This document shows positions 62,022-64,000 of a DNA stretch of 64,000 nt, in pieces. Position numbers and translations under genes: made by a program. The notes under the pieces were generated by a model. That model searched no databases. It saw only the letters and a program-made list of their open reading frames with translations, and was not told where the DNA came from. Every line of letters starts with the position of its first letter. Positions within the stretch are counted from its first letter, which is position 1. Source of the stretch: Callorhinchus milii (Eukaryota). Location: the NCBI RefSeq assembly GCF_018977255.1, contig NW_024704742.1:126296001-126360000 (forward strand). The letters run 5' to 3'.

Positions 62022-62700
62022 ATAAGACCATAAGACGTAGGAACAGGAGTAGGCCAATCGGCCCCTCGAGCCTGCTCCACCACTTAATAAGATCATGGCT
62101 GATCTTCTAACCTAATTCCATTTACCCGCCCTTTCCCCATATCCCTTAATCCTTCTATCCTTTCGAAATCTATCAACCTCAGTCTTGAATATGTTCAAGG
62201 ACTGAGCATCTACAGCCCTTTAGTGTAGAGAATTCCACAAATTCACTACCCTTTGAGTGAAGAAATGTTTCCTCAGCTCAGTTCGAAAAAACTGACCCTT
62301 AATCTTGAGACTATGACCCCTAGTTTTAGATAGGGGAAACAGTCTCACGGTATCTACCCTGTCAAGACCCTTAAAAATCTTATAGGTTTTTATAAGATCA
62401 CCTCTAATTCTTCTATATCCTAAAGAATATAGGCCTAGTTTACTCAACCTATCCTCATAGGTCAACCCCCTCAACCCAGGCACCAACCTAGTGAATTTAC
62501 ACTGCACCCCCTCTAAGGCAACTATGTCCTTTCTTAAATAAGGAGACCAAAACTGCACACAATATTCTAGGTGCGGTCTCACTAAGGCCTTATACAACTG
62601 CAGCAAGACTTCCCTACTCTTGTGCTCTAACCCTTTTGCAATGAACGCCAACATGGCATTAGCCTTCCTAGTTACTTGCTGTACCTGCATACCAACTTTT
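62022..62700 (-). mobile_element. CR1 LINE 3' fragment with a 156-aa RT C-terminal ORF remnant
   Basis: KANAMLAFIAKGLEHKSREVLLQLYKALVRPHLEYCVQFWSPYLRKD...FFTQRVVNLWNSL; 3' UTR ends ataagaccataagacgtagg. Confidence 0.9.
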
Positions 62701-63047
62701 TGTTAAAAAAGTGCTATGAATACAACATGTCAATAACAAGCAGTGAGGTAATGTGAACATCTCCACTCACCAGGTTAATTATAACCCTCCTGTTGATTGT
62801 TTCTCCCCTTATCCTGTTGATTTTGTGTGCAGAAGTACTTGCTGTAATAAAAAGGAAGGCGTTCAATTGGTAAAAAGGAAGCTTAGATTTTTACAGCTTC
62901 TAATCACTTATCATTATCTCAAAAGTGCTTCATGGGTATTTATGGTCAAATGTAGCAACTTGTTTGTAGGCAAACACAACAGCCATTTGCACAGGCCAAG
63001 TTGCACAAACATCCATGAGGTCAATGACTAATTAATGTGAAGCTTTG

Positions 63048-63908
63048 CTACATCTCTGGGTCAAAGTCTCATAAATTATAGAAGACTATTTAATGCTAAG
63101 GATCACTACTTATTACATTACACATATGAAACAGCAGTCCAGTAACTTGATGAATCTTTGAGTGCAAGTAATAAAAAAATGTAGTAATAAAGATGCAAGC
63201 CAAGATAATGAGAGACCACGAGTCATGGAATCTTTATCGCTTACCTAAAACAGGTGGAGGGGGCTCAGTTTAACGTTTTGTCTGATATAACTTACCAGGT
63301 ACAAGAGAAGTGCATCATGCTGTTTAAATGTTCAAGTATGACATTGGTAAGCAAGTATAACAGGAGGATAAAAGGCAGATTGGAACAGGAGTACTGCATC
63401 TGCAGAGCACTGTATTTTGGATCTGCTGAATTATACATTCCTGAATAAAGGTTCATGAACTCTCAATTTTCGATGGTAAATAAAGCAAATAAGAATATTT
63501 CAATAGTTTTTTTTCAGGTTGTATTGAAATCGCACATGTTTCTACCCTTATGAAATTATATTGAAAATAAACGAGCTTCAACAGATGAGACTCATAATTC
63601 AAAAAGCACCACAGTTTTGATGCATTTTTCATACAAGTAAAAAATGCACAGAGCAGCTTCACAGTGAAATTATTCTGTTTATTCAATGAGTCTACATCTC
63701 TGGGTCAATGTCCCATAAATTATAGAAGACTGTTTAATGCTAAGGATCACTACTTATTACATTATACATATGAGACAGCAAGTCTTTCAGCAGTGAAATT
63801 ATCATTCATGCGCACAGAATAAGTTCTGGTAACTTGATGAATCTTTGAGTGTAAGTAATAAAAAGCAGAGATATTTATAAAGGTCCACACATAGATAATG
63901 AGAGACAC
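63048..63908. repeat. Local direct duplication (copies ~63048-63219 and ~63692-63908)
   Basis: ctacatctctgggtcaa.gtc.cataaattatagaagact.tttaatgctaaggatcactactt...gtaacttgatgaatctttgagtg.aagtaataaaaa...gataatgagagac occurs twice, ~644 bp apart. Confidence 0.85.
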
Positions 63909-64000
63909 ATTTGTATTTGAAGGAATTAAATTTGTATGAATTGTTTTCACAAAAGCTGCTTCTTGGTAATAAGCCCAGTGAATATTTCATCACACAGTAC

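Noticed and set aside
62220..62690. 156-aa ORF as a host gene
   Set aside because: It is the C-terminal fragment of a 5'-truncated CR1 ORF2 followed by its 3' UTR.
1..64000. CRISPR array, operon-like or prokaryotic defence system
   Set aside because: The sequence is intron-containing vertebrate DNA. No regularly spaced repeat-spacer array or dense ORF cluster is present.

Overview
Vertebrate genomic DNA, most likely a cartilaginous fish (the repeat content of tRNA-derived Deu-type SINEs with L2 tails, CR1, L2 and a Penelope fragment suggests a holocephalan/chimaera; this is inference). The only host gene I can support is the 5' part of MRPS30 (mitoribosomal protein mL65) on the minus strand: coding exons 1-3 at 4013-3392, 2183-2038 and 458-353, with canonical GT-AG junctions and consistent phases. 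The gene continues off the left edge. A CpG island/promoter lies at about 3250-4850. The remaining ~59 kb has no supportable host gene. In human, FGF10 lies head-to-head with MRPS30 across a gene desert, so this may be the orthologous interval. It is dense in SINEs (including near-identical young copies), CR1/L2 fragments and small DNA-transposon relics. Most notable items: (1) an internally deleted Helitron at ~30.1-31.8 kb with a recognisable N-terminus, PIF1 helicase C-terminal half and hairpin+CTAG 3' end; (2) a shared SINE/L2 3' stem-loop showing a compensatory base pair, with the youngest SINEs carrying the loop of the young L2; (3) an old ~600 bp A-tailed repeat family (8 copies) that I cannot assign; (4) a five-fold AGAGAAGGTCA nuclear-receptor-like array and two related transposon-like cassettes around MRPS30 exon 1; (5) repeat-free, motif-dense blocks that are candidate long-range enhancers. 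I do not see firm evidence of a novel multi-gene system. Repeat boundaries were read by eye and are approximate.
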